Assembly (NCBI GenBank): GCA_017630405.1
Contig: JAGBVH010000015.1
Coordinates: 17,026-81,025, forward strand
Origin: Alphaproteobacteria bacterium
GTDB taxonomy: Bacteria; Pseudomonadota; Alphaproteobacteria; Rs-D84
Reading direction: 5' to 3'
Length of the DNA: 64,000 bases
The position numbers and the translations under genes were made by a program. The notes beneath the pieces are model-generated. The model was not told the origin of the DNA, did no database searches, and saw only the letters and a program-made list of their open reading frames with translations. Below, one piece after another: positions 10,059-20,067 of the stretch. Positions within the stretch are counted from its first letter, which is position 1, and each line of letters opens with the position of its first letter.

Positions 10059-10732
10059 TAATTTCCATTAGAAACATAAAGAGTCTGTGTTTCACCGTCA
10101 CCATCAACAAACACAACACCTTCGTCCAACGATATAGACTTAACTGTCATACCATCAATTTTCTTGCCTACACTTACACGCTTATTTTGACCTGTTGTTA
10201 AATCAGCCAAAGTCGCCTGTAATTGAGAACCTGCGCCAACAACATTAACTAATTTATATTTATCACCAATACCTGCCTTTGGCTGCGGTTTTGGCTCGAT
10301 ATAAGATTTTGTTGTATCAACACTTGCCGCTTCGGCCACTATTTTTTCTTTTTCCGCCATCAAGCGTGCTGCTTCTGCTTCCAGTTTTGCTTTTTCGTTT
10401 TCAATTTCCTGTTGCTGTTGTTCAGCACGACCAGACAAAGTATCAATTTCCATATGCAGTTTAATTTTTTCTGCTGCCAATCTATCCAACTCTAAATCAA
10501 GTTGAGCGCGTTCTTTTTCCAACTGCATCAAAATCTTTTCCTGTTCAAGGTCTGTAATCTGCTGGAACAAAGAACCTTCCACCTGATAATTTTCAACCGC
10601 ATCCGCGGACAACTCTTCCATTTCCACAGAAATATCATTCTCCGAATCCAATTCTACGGTCACAACTTCTTCTGCCCACAAAGAAGTGCAGAAAAACACC
10701 CCTAAAACTAAACCAAATATTTTATTTTGCAT
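10058..10732 (-). CDS. Periplasmic PilP-like protein with a long acidic coiled-coil insertion
   Basis: 224 aa. Signal peptide (...SLWA/EE), an E/Q/L/A-rich coiled coil, and a C-terminal beta domain (...LADLTTGQNKRVSVGKKIDGMTVKSISLDEGVVFVDG...) of the PilP/GspC-HR type. It shares 1 nt with the ATPase gene. Confidence 0.45.
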   Translation of the reverse strand: MQNKIFGLVLGVFFCTSLWAEEVVTVELDSENDISVEMEELSADAVENYQVEGSLFQQITDLEQEKILMQLEKERAQLDLELDRLAAEKIKLHMEIDTLSGRAEQQQQEIENEKAKLEAEAARLMAEKEKIVAEAASVDTTKSYIEPKPQPKAGIGDKYKLVNVVGAGSQLQATLADLTTGQNKRVSVGKKIDGMTVKSISLDEGVVFVDGDGETQTLYVSNGN

Positions 10733-11984
10733 AGATTATCACCTCATAGTTCCATACACGCGTTTTTACATTCCAAGTACACTTTGTCATATACACACCA
10801 CCAAAATCCGCCAACACTTCCATAAATTGCATTGGCACCAACTTGGTCTGTACAGACAATTCAACAACATTAACTGTCGCAACATCAACACCGTTTGTTA
10901 ATGTATCAACAACAATTTCTGTCTGAATATTTGTATCAATCGCTTGAAAAACACTTGTCACATCACGAACCAAAGTTTCTGCATCACGCTCGTCTTGTGA
11001 CGACAGTGTTTCTAATATCGGCAACGCAGTACGAACACGCACTGTATTTTCATCCACTTCCTGAACAAATACCCCTGGCATAAACTGCGCAACATTTTGA
11101 TAAAAATCCGCCAAAGTACCAAAACTGCGTTGGAATATAACAAAGGCATGTGTTTCACCACATTCAACATTTATCTGATTCCAACCCGCAACCGGTTGCA
11201 TCAAAAAGCCAATTGCCTTATAACACATTTCCGCCCGCGCACCAGCATCTGGCAACAATTCATACGGCATAACAATTGGTTCTGGCGGTAAAGTTTTTTC
11301 GATTTCAAACTCTACATCTAATTCTTTATTTTTTTCTTCTAGTTGTTTTTTATATTCAGCAACCAATTCAGGATTTAATTCCGCAACCTGTGGACGCGGT
11401 GTCACTGTCTGAACAATCGGGTCACGCAACACCCCAACCAACCCCAGTATAAAAAACACAACCAACGCCGCCGACAATAACCAGGCATTAAGACGACTTA
11501 TTGAATGTAACACAACATGCGGCGCACCAACCAAAACATCGGATATATTCTTATCCACCGCACGCGGCATCCCCCAATCCCCAGGCGCAAAGAAAGCACC
11601 CCAATCTGGAATCTCGGATAATTTAACATACTCGCTACGCGCTTCACTTTCGGAATCAAAAATCTTGTCTTCTATAACAATACCATTTCGTGCAGCCACC
11701 AAATAAAACCCACCATCAACACGAAACACTGACAAAAACGAAGTATATTCAGAAAACGCCGCCATAACTTCGGCCGCAGCACTGGCCATACCCGCACGAT
11801 GTCCCCATCTGCGCGCACCCAACGCAATCATCGAACGATAATCCAAATAAAGATTTAATCTTTTATCGATATTGCGTGACAAAGACCGCGCATAATTTCG
11901 CGCAACAAAACCCGCCGCTATTGGTTGCCAAAACAATCCAACAGCATATTTTCTGCGATTAACATTTATAATTTTACTGGCCAA
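10722..11984 (-). CDS. Bitopic inner-membrane type IVb pilus assembly protein (PilO-R64/PilO2/BfpC-like, tentative)
   Basis: 420 aa with a TTG start. N-terminal cytoplasmic domain (RKYAVGLFWQP...), a single TM (WLLSAALVVFFILGLVGVL) and a periplasmic C-domain. It is the first gene of the 4-gene operon and overlaps the next gene by 11 nt. Confidence 0.4.
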   Translation of the reverse strand: MASKIINVNRRKYAVGLFWQPIAAGFVARNYARSLSRNIDKRLNLYLDYRSMIALGARRWGHRAGMASAAAEVMAAFSEYTSFLSVFRVDGGFYLVAARNGIVIEDKIFDSESEARSEYVKLSEIPDWGAFFAPGDWGMPRAVDKNISDVLVGAPHVVLHSISRLNAWLLSAALVVFFILGLVGVLRDPIVQTVTPRPQVAELNPELVAEYKKQLEEKNKELDVEFEIEKTLPPEPIVMPYELLPDAGARAEMCYKAIGFLMQPVAGWNQINVECGETHAFVIFQRSFGTLADFYQNVAQFMPGVFVQEVDENTVRVRTALPILETLSSQDERDAETLVRDVTSVFQAIDTNIQTEIVVDTLTNGVDVATVNVVELSVQTKLVPMQFMEVLADFGGVYMTKCTWNVKTRVWNYEVIIYAK

Positions 11985-12012
11985 TAAATTCTCTCTCTAG
12001 ATATCTTTTGTG

Positions 12013-12042
12013 ATTATAACACAAATATCCAAAGCAAGGCAA
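12013..12042 (-). promoter_or_regulatory. Candidate promoter of the pilus-like operon (TTGCCT-18 nt-TGT-TATAAT, extended -10)
   Basis: The minus strand reads TTGCCTTGCTTTGGATATTTGTGTTATAAT, ending about 28 nt upstream of the TTG start at 11984. A terminator lies just upstream at 12067-12095. Confidence 0.4.
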
Positions 12043-12066
12043 ATGATTTAAGGCATATAAATCTAT

Positions 12067-12095
12067 AAAAAAATCCCCAATCGGGGATTTTTTTT
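12067..12095. terminator. Terminator after the lipoprotein gene
   Basis: AAAAAAATCCCC-AATC-GGGGATTTTTTTT, overlapping the stop codon of 12094-12507. Confidence 0.6.
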
Positions 12096-12507
12096 AATAA
12101 CAACTGCCATAGGCACATCCGCTGGCCACAACCGGCACAGAAACTGTCTGGCTGCCACCGTCTTTTGCGGTACGAACTTTATTTGGATGTGGACAATCAT
12201 AAACATTTGCCACCAAAACAAAAGAACGTTCTGGTCCAAAGATTACCCATTCATTTGGTTTTGTTCGCTGACTTGTAATCCAGTACGCATTCCCAGGGCG
12301 TGCCTGATCAACAATTCTATTTTCCAGATAACGACGCGCATCATCAACATCATAAACAGAAACTTCTGATTCTAACTTATACAAATATGTACATCCAATT
12401 GGTTCTGCATCCAACTGAACCAAATACTGACTGCCGTTTTCATTTTTAACCAAACCGCTGCACGCTGCCAACACCAGCACAGCAAACAAAGCAAACACTT
12501 TCTTCAT
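12094..12507 (-). CDS. Small lipoprotein (unknown function)
   Basis: 137 aa with the lipobox LAAC|SG in MKKVFALFAVLVLAACSG. The C-terminus is Cys-rich (CPHP...GCAYGSCY). Confidence 0.6.
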   Translation of the reverse strand: MKKVFALFAVLVLAACSGLVKNENGSQYLVQLDAEPIGCTYLYKLESEVSVYDVDDARRYLENRIVDQARPGNAYWITSQRTKPNEWVIFGPERSFVLVANVYDCPHPNKVRTAKDGGSQTVSVPVVASGCAYGSCY

Positions 12508-12525
12508 AATTCCTTCCTTTTATTA

Positions 12526-13464
12526 TTATAAATCGATTATATCATAATTAGACTTGTCACTGAACAATTTTTTAAGCACCAAATTATTCAACGCATGACT
12601 GCCCTTGTATGATTCAAGATTTCCAACAACAAAACCACCACTGGTAAACATATCACCAATCGCATCAATTATCTTGTGACGCACAAATTCATCTGGCCAA
12701 ATAAGTTCGTTCAAAGTACCATCACCAGCATCATTAAGAGCAATAACATTCCCCTCGTTTGCGCCGCGCCCCATACCACGCTTCTTCAGATATTCCCACT
12801 CGGAATATTTACCAAATGTGCGGGCACGCGCGATATTTTCCACAAAATCATCATATGATTCCTTGGTTTGACAAAAACCGTATTCATATGTCTGGGAACC
12901 AATAATTTTTTCTTTATAAACCAATGTGGCCTTGATATTTAATTTTTCATCTGAACTTGGCGACAATTTAACAAAACCATCAACTTTTCGCCCCATGATT
13001 TTATTCATCAACCATAATTTCATACGAACAATCATCGGCAGTTGTTTCAATACTTCCTTGGCTCGAACAATTACTTCTTTTTTAACGATAATTTTCTTTG
13101 GCTTTTTACCAACAACACCAACTTTTTCAAATTCTTTGATAAATTCAGCCGCACTGCCATCCAGTATAGGTGTCTCGGGCCCATTAATTTCAATAATTGC
13201 ACTATCCACGCCAACCATAAACAACGCAGCCATCAAATGCTCTATGGTCTGAACATGAGCACCCGCAATTTTACCAATCGTAGTATTACGCATTTTGGTT
13301 TCGCCAACATTATCAAACTTGGCAGAAATCAACCCAGAATTCGCCATATCAACGCGCTTAAAAAATATTCCTTCTTCACCCGAAGGTCTAATTACAATAT
13401 TAACCTTTTCACCAGAATGAATACCCTGTCCCGAAATTTTTATCTGCTTCTTAAAAGTTGCCAT
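12526..13464 (-). CDS. lpxC: UDP-3-O-acyl-N-acetylglucosamine deacetylase
   Basis: 312 aa with ISGQGIHSGEKVNIVIRP, TIEHLMAAL and GSHALNN motifs typical of LpxC. Confidence 0.9.
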   Translation of the reverse strand: MATFKKQIKISGQGIHSGEKVNIVIRPSGEEGIFFKRVDMANSGLISAKFDNVGETKMRNTTIGKIAGAHVQTIEHLMAALFMVGVDSAIIEINGPETPILDGSAAEFIKEFEKVGVVGKKPKKIIVKKEVIVRAKEVLKQLPMIVRMKLWLMNKIMGRKVDGFVKLSPSSDEKLNIKATLVYKEKIIGSQTYEYGFCQTKESYDDFVENIARARTFGKYSEWEYLKKRGMGRGANEGNVIALNDAGDGTLNELIWPDEFVRHKIIDAIGDMFTSGGFVVGNLESYKGSHALNNLVLKKLFSDKSNYDIIDL

Positions 13465-14365
13465 TTAACCTCTCCTTAATCCAATCATAAAAAGAATTCT
13501 CAATAACAGTATCCAATCTGGCATACTTTATAATATCTTGAACTTGGGCCGGCAAACGAACCCAATCTTTTTCCGTAGTAATTAACTTCGCGCCTTTTTT
13601 ATCCGCCAGTGCAATTAACTTTCTTAAATCCTCATCGGTATATTGATAATGATCCGCAAACACCCGTTTAGCCACCACATTTTTAAGTGACGCAAAGAAT
13701 TTTTGTGGATACCCAATCCCAGCAAACGCCACCAACTTTTCATCTTCGTCATACGGTGAAAAAGTCTGATTATGGGCATAAAATACCGGAACCCCTTCTG
13801 GCAGTTCGAACTTCTTTTTTGGATTTTTATTTTTTATAACAATAATAGCATCTGCTTTTTTTGCCGCGCTTTTAGGCTCACGCAAAGGTCCCGCTGGCAA
13901 TAAAAATCCATTACCATACCCCAGTCCTTCATCAAACACCATAATAGAAATATCTTTTTTAATAGAAGAATTCTGCAAACCATCATCCATAACAATTGGT
14001 CCATCTTCACCTAACTGCTTATTAAGCAACACTATATTGCTTTTTCTATCGCCAACATGCACCGCCAAACCACCGCGCGACAACATATTAGCCTCGTCCC
14101 CACAGTCCCCAGTTTCTGTATTTTTCTTATACCCACGCATAACGACAGGCGCACCAAAACGCGTTGCGATTGCGCGCACGATTGGCGTTTTACCAACACC
14201 ACCCGCCAATATATTGCCGACACAGATTATTGGCCGTCTGGATTTTAACTGTCTTGTTTTGCGAACCACGAAAACAATTCGCCCGACCAGATAATAAATC
14301 CACGCCACAGGCAACAAAACAAAAGACATTAAACGCTTTCTAAGGAACCATTTTGGTGTTTTCAT
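13451..14365 (-). CDS. lpxK: Tetraacyldisaccharide 4'-kinase
   Basis: 304 aa with an N-terminal TM and the P-loop VGNILAGGVGKTP. Overlaps lpxC by 14 nt. Confidence 0.88.
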   Translation of the reverse strand: MKTPKWFLRKRLMSFVLLPVAWIYYLVGRIVFVVRKTRQLKSRRPIICVGNILAGGVGKTPIVRAIATRFGAPVVMRGYKKNTETGDCGDEANMLSRGGLAVHVGDRKSNIVLLNKQLGEDGPIVMDDGLQNSSIKKDISIMVFDEGLGYGNGFLLPAGPLREPKSAAKKADAIIVIKNKNPKKKFELPEGVPVFYAHNQTFSPYDEDEKLVAFAGIGYPQKFFASLKNVVAKRVFADHYQYTDEDLRKLIALADKKGAKLITTEKDWVRLPAQVQDIIKYARLDTVIENSFYDWIKERLNGNF

Positions 14366-15156
14366 TTTTTCGCCTTTCTTTTTTTAGCCTCGCGCGCTTC
14401 GCGTCTTGCTCTTTTAAACTCACGCGAAGTCAAATCCTGCTCAGCCTGAAACAGATTAAACTCTGCATCCAAGTCACGCATTTGCTTAACCATAATATTT
14501 TCAACTTTCATCCTTATTTCTTCAAATTCTTCGGCCGTTGCGCGCCGCGGAACAAAAATAGGATTTCCAATTTCACAATTCAATCTTGAAAAAGGTAAAG
14601 CCACCAAATATCTGTCCCAACGCTTTTGAAACCAAGGACGCGAACAAGTATAGCACACCGGAATAATTGGCGCACCACTCATTTTAGCAAAATAAAGTGC
14701 CCCCTCTTGAACACGCAACGAAGGTCCACCTGGCCCATCTGGCGACATACAGATACCAAAATCCCCTTTACTTAACACCCGCAAGCCTTCACGCAAAACC
14801 GACACACCGCCCTTGTGGGTTGAACCATAAATCGCACGCAAACCAAACAAACGTTGTAATTTCGCCATCATACGACCATCTTTGTGACGACTGGCCACCG
14901 CATAGGCCTGCATTCCCCCTAGACATATAATCGGACTTAACATCATCGAACGCCCATGCCAAAAAACAAAGATTGCCGGCTTTTTTCGATACTTATAAAA
15001 CACTTCGATATTATTGATACGTTTAATCGAAGTAAAATACACAAACCATATAGGAATCATCATAAAAATCGCGATAACCCATTGAAAAATCTGCAATCCT
15101 AATACAGGCTCCCAAAACCCCTTCCAGATTTTTCTAAAAGTTTTATTTTGAAACAT
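14362..15156 (-). CDS. DUF374-type lysophospholipid-acyltransferase-like protein
   Basis: 264 aa with FWHGRSMM, SRHKDGRMMAKL, GSTHKGG and MSPDGPGGP motifs of the DUF374 family. ATGA-coupled to lpxK. It has a K/R/E-rich tail. Confidence 0.7.
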   Translation of the reverse strand: MFQNKTFRKIWKGFWEPVLGLQIFQWVIAIFMMIPIWFVYFTSIKRINNIEVFYKYRKKPAIFVFWHGRSMMLSPIICLGGMQAYAVASRHKDGRMMAKLQRLFGLRAIYGSTHKGGVSVLREGLRVLSKGDFGICMSPDGPGGPSLRVQEGALYFAKMSGAPIIPVCYTCSRPWFQKRWDRYLVALPFSRLNCEIGNPIFVPRRATAEEFEEIRMKVENIMVKQMRDLDAEFNLFQAEQDLTSREFKRARREAREAKKRKAKK

Positions 15157-15259
15157 AACAACCCTTTACTAAAACTTATCAGGAATTCTAGCAACAAAAA
15201 AAGCATAATTCAAGTGACCAAGCCCGCTTAAACCAAAAAGAAAAAATGGGATTTTTTGT

Positions 15260-15287
15260 TTGACATATGGGAATATTTATATATAAT
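15260..15287 (+). promoter_or_regulatory. Consensus sigma70 promoter (TTGACA-16 nt-TATAAT) for tRNA-fMet
   Basis: Both hexamers are perfect. The -10 element ends about 17 nt before the tRNA 5' end. Confidence 0.6.
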
Positions 15288-15304
15288 AAAAGTCACTTTC
15301 GCAT

Positions 15305-15381
<77 letters not shown>

Positions 15382-15390
15382 AGATTTAAT

Positions 15391-15419
15391 AAAAAACATC
15401 CCCAATGGGGTGTTTTTTA
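15391..15419 (+). terminator. Terminator after tRNA-fMet
   Basis: AAAAAACATCCCC-AAT-GGGGTGTTTTTT. Confidence 0.6.
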
Positions 15420-15481
15420 TTTTTATTGCGACTTAAACAGCAAAAATATAAAATAAAATTATACTAACTAAAGGCCAAGTG

Positions 15482-16078
15482 ATGAAAAAAATACTGTTTT
15501 TAGCCGCATTATTATTACCTTTTGCTGCACATACATATCCAATATATACATCTTCTTTTAACTCTGATTTTAGACCTTATATTGGCATTGATGCAGGTTT
15601 AAACATCGCAGATTATACAATAGATACAGACCTTGACGACACATACTATTCCGCCACAATCAATGCTGGCGCACGCATAGGCAACCATTTTGGGGTTGAA
15701 TTATTCTTTACCCAATCATCAACAAACGACCTTGAATATGTATATGATTTTTACGCAATAAATCATGAACTTTATTATAACGCCTTTGGATTTGACATTT
15801 ATGGATATTATAACATATCCAAAGAATTCGATTTCTTTACTTCATTTGGAATTGCAAACTATAAAATATATAACGAATTTGATTATCTTGATATATATAT
15901 GGAATCAGCATTCAAAGAAAAAGAAAACGAAGTCACAACCCGCCTTGGTATTGGTATTTTATACACCTTCCCTGGCGACCATGTATCTGGACTTATTCAA
16001 TATCAATACAGCCCAATTAACACAGAAATCATAAAAACAATGTCTGAATTTTCAATCGGCATGCGATATATATTTTAA
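15482..16078 (+). CDS. Small outer-membrane beta-barrel protein (OmpA-like/opacity-porin-type barrel)
   Basis: Signal peptide MKKILFLAALLLPFAAHT, alternating aromatic/hydrophilic strands, and a terminal ...IGMRYIF. Start taken at the ATG at 15482. Confidence 0.6.
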   Translation: MKKILFLAALLLPFAAHTYPIYTSSFNSDFRPYIGIDAGLNIADYTIDTDLDDTYYSATINAGARIGNHFGVELFFTQSSTNDLEYVYDFYAINHELYYNAFGFDIYGYYNISKEFDFFTSFGIANYKIYNEFDYLDIYMESAFKEKENEVTTRLGIGILYTFPGDHVSGLIQYQYSPINTEIIKTMSEFSIGMRYIF

Positions 16079-16153
16079 ATTAATTATAAAACAACCTAAA
16101 TATAATCGGTGCCGGCAATTTGCTGGCACCGCTTGCTGATATATTATTAGATT

Positions 16154-17161
16154 TTATTTAAGGTACCAAAGAACGGTTTTGATGATACCGGTATCAAAAG
16201 TTTCATCAGCACGCCACCCAAGTTCTGTTTCTAATTTGGTCGCATCAATCGCATATCTGAAATCATGTCCGGCGCGGTCAGCAACAAAAGTAATAAGATC
16301 TTCGTACTTTTTCCCATCGGCGCGTGGACGCTTTTCATCCAAAATAGCACAGATTGTTTTCACGATTGTGATATTATTTCGTTCATTGCGGCCACCAATA
16401 TTATAAGTTTCACCTGATTTGCCATTATGAAAAATCAAATCAATAGCCTTGCAGTGATCCAGAACATATAACCAGTCACGCACATTTTCGCCCTTGCCAT
16501 AAATTGGTAATGGCTGTAAATTCAAAGCCTTGGAAATAATATGTGGGATTAATTTTTCGTTATGCTGTTTTGGTCCATAGTTATTCGAACAATTAGAAGT
16601 TGTCACATTCATACCAAATGTATGATGATACGCACGAACCAAGAAATCAGACGATGCCTTGGATGCAGAATATGGACTATTTGGTGCATACGGTGTATCT
16701 TCGCGGAACATACCTGTTTCGCCCAACGCGCCATAAACTTCATCTGTTGAAATATGATGAAAACGACATTTTTCATACCCAGTCTTTACCCTGGACGGAC
16801 CTTCCATCCAATGCTTACGCGCTGCATCCAACAGATTAAATGTACCAACAATATTAGTGTTAATAAATGCGCGTGGTCCCTTGATAGAGTTATCAACATG
16901 ACTTTCCGCTGCAAAATGAATTACACCACGAATATCATTTTCTGTAAATATTTTTTCGATTAATTCTGCATCACAGATATCTCCTTGAACAAACTTATAA
17001 TTTGGCATACTTTCGCATTCACGCAGGTTATCCAGATTTCCCGCATATGTTAATTTATCCAAATTTATCACATTATATTCAGGATGTTTTTCACAAAAAT
17101 AAGGCACAAAGTTAGAACCAATAAACCCCGCACCACCTGTTACTAAAATTGTTTCAGACAT
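16154..17161 (-). CDS. rfbB: dTDP-glucose 4,6-dehydratase
   Basis: TGGAGFIGSN Rossmann motif and the YSASKASSD catalytic YxxxK. Start set at MSETILVTGG. Confidence 0.9.
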   Translation of the reverse strand: MSETILVTGGAGFIGSNFVPYFCEKHPEYNVINLDKLTYAGNLDNLRECESMPNYKFVQGDICDAELIEKIFTENDIRGVIHFAAESHVDNSIKGPRAFINTNIVGTFNLLDAARKHWMEGPSRVKTGYEKCRFHHISTDEVYGALGETGMFREDTPYAPNSPYSASKASSDFLVRAYHHTFGMNVTTSNCSNNYGPKQHNEKLIPHIISKALNLQPLPIYGKGENVRDWLYVLDHCKAIDLIFHNGKSGETYNIGGRNERNNITIVKTICAILDEKRPRADGKKYEDLITFVADRAGHDFRYAIDATKLETELGWRADETFDTGIIKTVLWYLK

Positions 17162-17964
17162 TCTTCTAAACCTTTTTTCCAATGATTAATTTTTATTCCA
17201 AATTCTTGTTTTATTTTATCTTTGTCCAGCACACTGTAAAACGGCCGCGCCGCAGGTGTTGGATACTGAATTGATTTAATAGGATTTACCACACATGCCA
17301 AACCAGATTGCGCCATAATCTCGGTTGCAAAATCATACCAAGAACACACACCTTCGTTTGTAAAGTGATAAATTCCAGATTTTTCTTTACTCATTTGCGG
17401 AATAATTTGAACAATCGCCGCTGCTAAATCCCCAGCAAAAGTTGGTGTACCAATTTGGTCCGCCACAACATTGATTGATTCTTTTTCCGCCCCCAATCTG
17501 CGCATAGTTTTTACAAAATTATTACCATGTGCGCTATACAGCCAAGCAGTTCTTATAATTACCGCACAATCAGCGTTTTCAAGCACCGCCAATTCTCCGG
17601 CGCGTTTTGTTTTACCATACACAGACACAGGATTTGTTTCATCATCTGGTTTATAAGGCTGATGCCCACAACCATCAAAAACATAGTCTGTTGAAATATG
17701 AATAATTTTCGCACCACTTTTGGCTAAATTGCGTGGCCCATCAATATTGATTTTTTTTGCCAACTCAACATCTGTCTCTGCTTTATCAACAGCGGTATAT
17801 GCCGCACAATTGATAATAACATCAACATTATTTTCACGAACAAACTTTTCTACTGCCACACCATCTGTGATATCCAGAATATCAATATCAGCACAAATTG
17901 CATCAGGCAATAACTTGGCCAGTTCCGTTCCCAATTGTCCCCTAGCCCCTGTAATCAGGTACAT
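17143..17964 (-). CDS. rfbD: dTDP-4-dehydrorhamnose reductase
   Basis: 273 aa with MYLITGARGQLG and YGKTKRAGE (YxxxK). Position within the rfb operon supports the call. Confidence 0.85.
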   Translation of the reverse strand: MYLITGARGQLGTELAKLLPDAICADIDILDITDGVAVEKFVRENNVDVIINCAAYTAVDKAETDVELAKKINIDGPRNLAKSGAKIIHISTDYVFDGCGHQPYKPDDETNPVSVYGKTKRAGELAVLENADCAVIIRTAWLYSAHGNNFVKTMRRLGAEKESINVVADQIGTPTFAGDLAAAIVQIIPQMSKEKSGIYHFTNEGVCSWYDFATEIMAQSGLACVVNPIKSIQYPTPAARPFYSVLDKDKIKQEFGIKINHWKKGLEECLKQF

Positions 17965-18493
17965 CCTTTAATCCTTTTGCTTGTCTATCTTTTTCAGAAG
18001 TAATTATTTTATCTGCTGGGATTTTCCAATCCACGCTAATATCAGGGTCATCAAATCTGATACCAAATTCGGCCTGTGGCGCATATAAATTATCACACTT
18101 ATAAGCAAATACGGCTTCTTTACTCAACACTGAAAAACCATGTAAAAAGCCGCGTGGAATAAACAACTGACGCTTGTTTTCATCACTTAATTCCACCGCT
18201 ACATATTTACCAAAAGTCGGTGAATCCAGTCGAATATCAACCGCCACATCCAGCACACAACCCGACAATACACGCACCAACTTTGCCTGTGCAAATTCGC
18301 CCAATTGACAATGCAGACCGCGCACAACACCATACGAAGACTTTGATTGATTATCCTGAACGAATTTATTCGGGATACCATTTTTAACAAATTCTGCTTC
18401 ATTATAGCTTTCAAAGAAATACCCGCGTGCATCTTCGAACACTTTTGGTTCAACGATAACAACGCCTTCTAGTTCTGTTTTAATAAAGTTCAT
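17942..18493 (-). CDS. rfbC: dTDP-4-dehydrorhamnose 3,5-epimerase
   Basis: 183-aa cupin with ...DARGYFFE..., RGLHCQ and GFLHGF. Confidence 0.88.
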   Translation of the reverse strand: MNFIKTELEGVVIVEPKVFEDARGYFFESYNEAEFVKNGIPNKFVQDNQSKSSYGVVRGLHCQLGEFAQAKLVRVLSGCVLDVAVDIRLDSPTFGKYVAVELSDENKRQLFIPRGFLHGFSVLSKEAVFAYKCDNLYAPQAEFGIRFDDPDISVDWKIPADKIITSEKDRQAKGLKDVPDYRG

Positions 18494-19367
18494 GTTTTTC
18501 CTCGTACACTTTTTGTAAATAGTCTTTATATTTACCAGAATTTAATTCATTTATTAAACTCTGCATCTGACTATCATCAATAAAACCTTGAGTATAAGCA
18601 ATTTCTTCTATACACGCGATTTTAAGTCCCTGACGCTGTTCAATAATTTGAACAAATTGGCCTGATTCCATTAAACTATCCGGTGTTCCCGCATCCAACC
18701 AGGCATTACCGCGTCGCATAGGCACCACAGACATACGACCTTCTTTTAAATATTGGTTATTTAAATCAGTAATTTCCAGCTCTCCACGCGCCGAAGGCTT
18801 TAAATTTTGCGCCTTTTGAACAACATCAGATGGATAAAAATACAACCCAACAGATGCATAATTAGATTTTGGATTTTTGGGTTTTTCTTCGATTGATATC
18901 GCCTTTAAATTCTCATCAAATTCAACAACACCAAACCTTTCTGGATCGGACACATGATACGCAAATATAGTCGCATTTTTACCCATATTTTCATTAACAA
19001 CCGATTGAAAATACGGAAACTGTCCACCCATATAGAATATATTATCCCCTAGTATCAAACACACATCGTCACCACCGATAAAATCAGCCCCGATTGTAAA
19101 TGCCTGTGCGATACCTTTTGGTTCTTGTTGAACTGCATATTGAATATTCATCCCCAGTTTTTTACCATCACCAAATAACTTTTCAATATTAGGTGTATCC
19201 ACTGGTGTTGAAATAATCAATATATCCTTGATACCAAACTGCATCAATGTAGAAAGCGGATAATAAATCATCGGTTTATCATAAACCGGCAACAATTGTT
19301 TAGAAGTAGTTTTAGTAAGCGGATAAAGGCGTGTACCGCTGCCCCCCGCCAGAATAATTCCTTTCAT
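18480..19367 (-). CDS. rfbA: Glucose-1-phosphate thymidylyltransferase
   Basis: MKGIILAGGSGTRLYPLT... and the rest of the protein are typical of RmlA. Start set at the fourth codon of the track ORF. Confidence 0.9.
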   Translation of the reverse strand: MKGIILAGGSGTRLYPLTKTTSKQLLPVYDKPMIYYPLSTLMQFGIKDILIISTPVDTPNIEKLFGDGKKLGMNIQYAVQQEPKGIAQAFTIGADFIGGDDVCLILGDNIFYMGGQFPYFQSVVNENMGKNATIFAYHVSDPERFGVVEFDENLKAISIEEKPKNPKSNYASVGLYFYPSDVVQKAQNLKPSARGELEITDLNNQYLKEGRMSVVPMRRGNAWLDAGTPDSLMESGQFVQIIEQRQGLKIACIEEIAYTQGFIDDSQMQSLINELNSGKYKDYLQKVYEEKHELY

Positions 19368-19446
19368 AAAAAGCATCCTTTATTGTTTGAAGCAAAAGAA
19401 CTTAATTGATATTAGTAACAAAAACACCAGTAAAGCAACAAATTTT

Positions 19447-20067
19447 TTACTCAAAACACTTCATTAATTCCGCGCCATCTTCATCTTGGTCTATTTTATT
19501 ATTGCGGATTTCTTGTTCTGCTAAAATCTTCTGTTTTACCAACAGCAAATCAGGATGATTTTGAAAATCATCATTAAATTTTTCAATCACATTATTTATT
19601 TCAGATTTAGTCTTTATAAACACCGGCATAATAGAATCAGCCGCCGTAAATGCCGCCTTTTGTAAATCAGCCTTAAAATCATCCATAACTGATAAATAGG
19701 CGTTAATATGCTTCTGCTCGTGCATCATCACAGCATCATATGCACAAGAACCTTCTTCATAATTTTTATCTATTTGAACCTTAAAATCATTATATCCAAA
19801 ATCCAAATCAACCCTTTCAACGCTTACACAAAAGCCTTTTTTTATAAATACAACATCTGCTGAAATACTGTTCCCAATAATCATACTAGCCGCAACATTA
19901 CCATGTAATGACAAATCCAACTCTGTATCAGGCTGTTCAATCGTCACAGTATATTTTGGCACATCCAGATAAACACTTGGATTTTTTTTATATTTGATAC
20001 AATCATCCGCCAACAATGGCGTTGCCAACATTGACAGCAAAAATGCCAATACTTTTTTCACAACCAC
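19447..20067 (-). CDS. Secreted HExxH protein (putative Zn-metallopeptidase, DUF922-like?) in the VirB5 position
   Basis: 206 aa. Signal peptide (...TPLLA/DD) and the single motif MMHEQKH. Its GTG start overlaps the virB4 TAG stop by 1 nt. Confidence 0.45.
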   Translation of the reverse strand: MVVKKVLAFLLSMLATPLLADDCIKYKKNPSVYLDVPKYTVTIEQPDTELDLSLHGNVAASMIIGNSISADVVFIKKGFCVSVERVDLDFGYNDFKVQIDKNYEEGSCAYDAVMMHEQKHINAYLSVMDDFKADLQKAAFTAADSIMPVFIKTKSEINNVIEKFNDDFQNHPDLLLVKQKILAEQEIRNNKIDQDEDGAELMKCFE

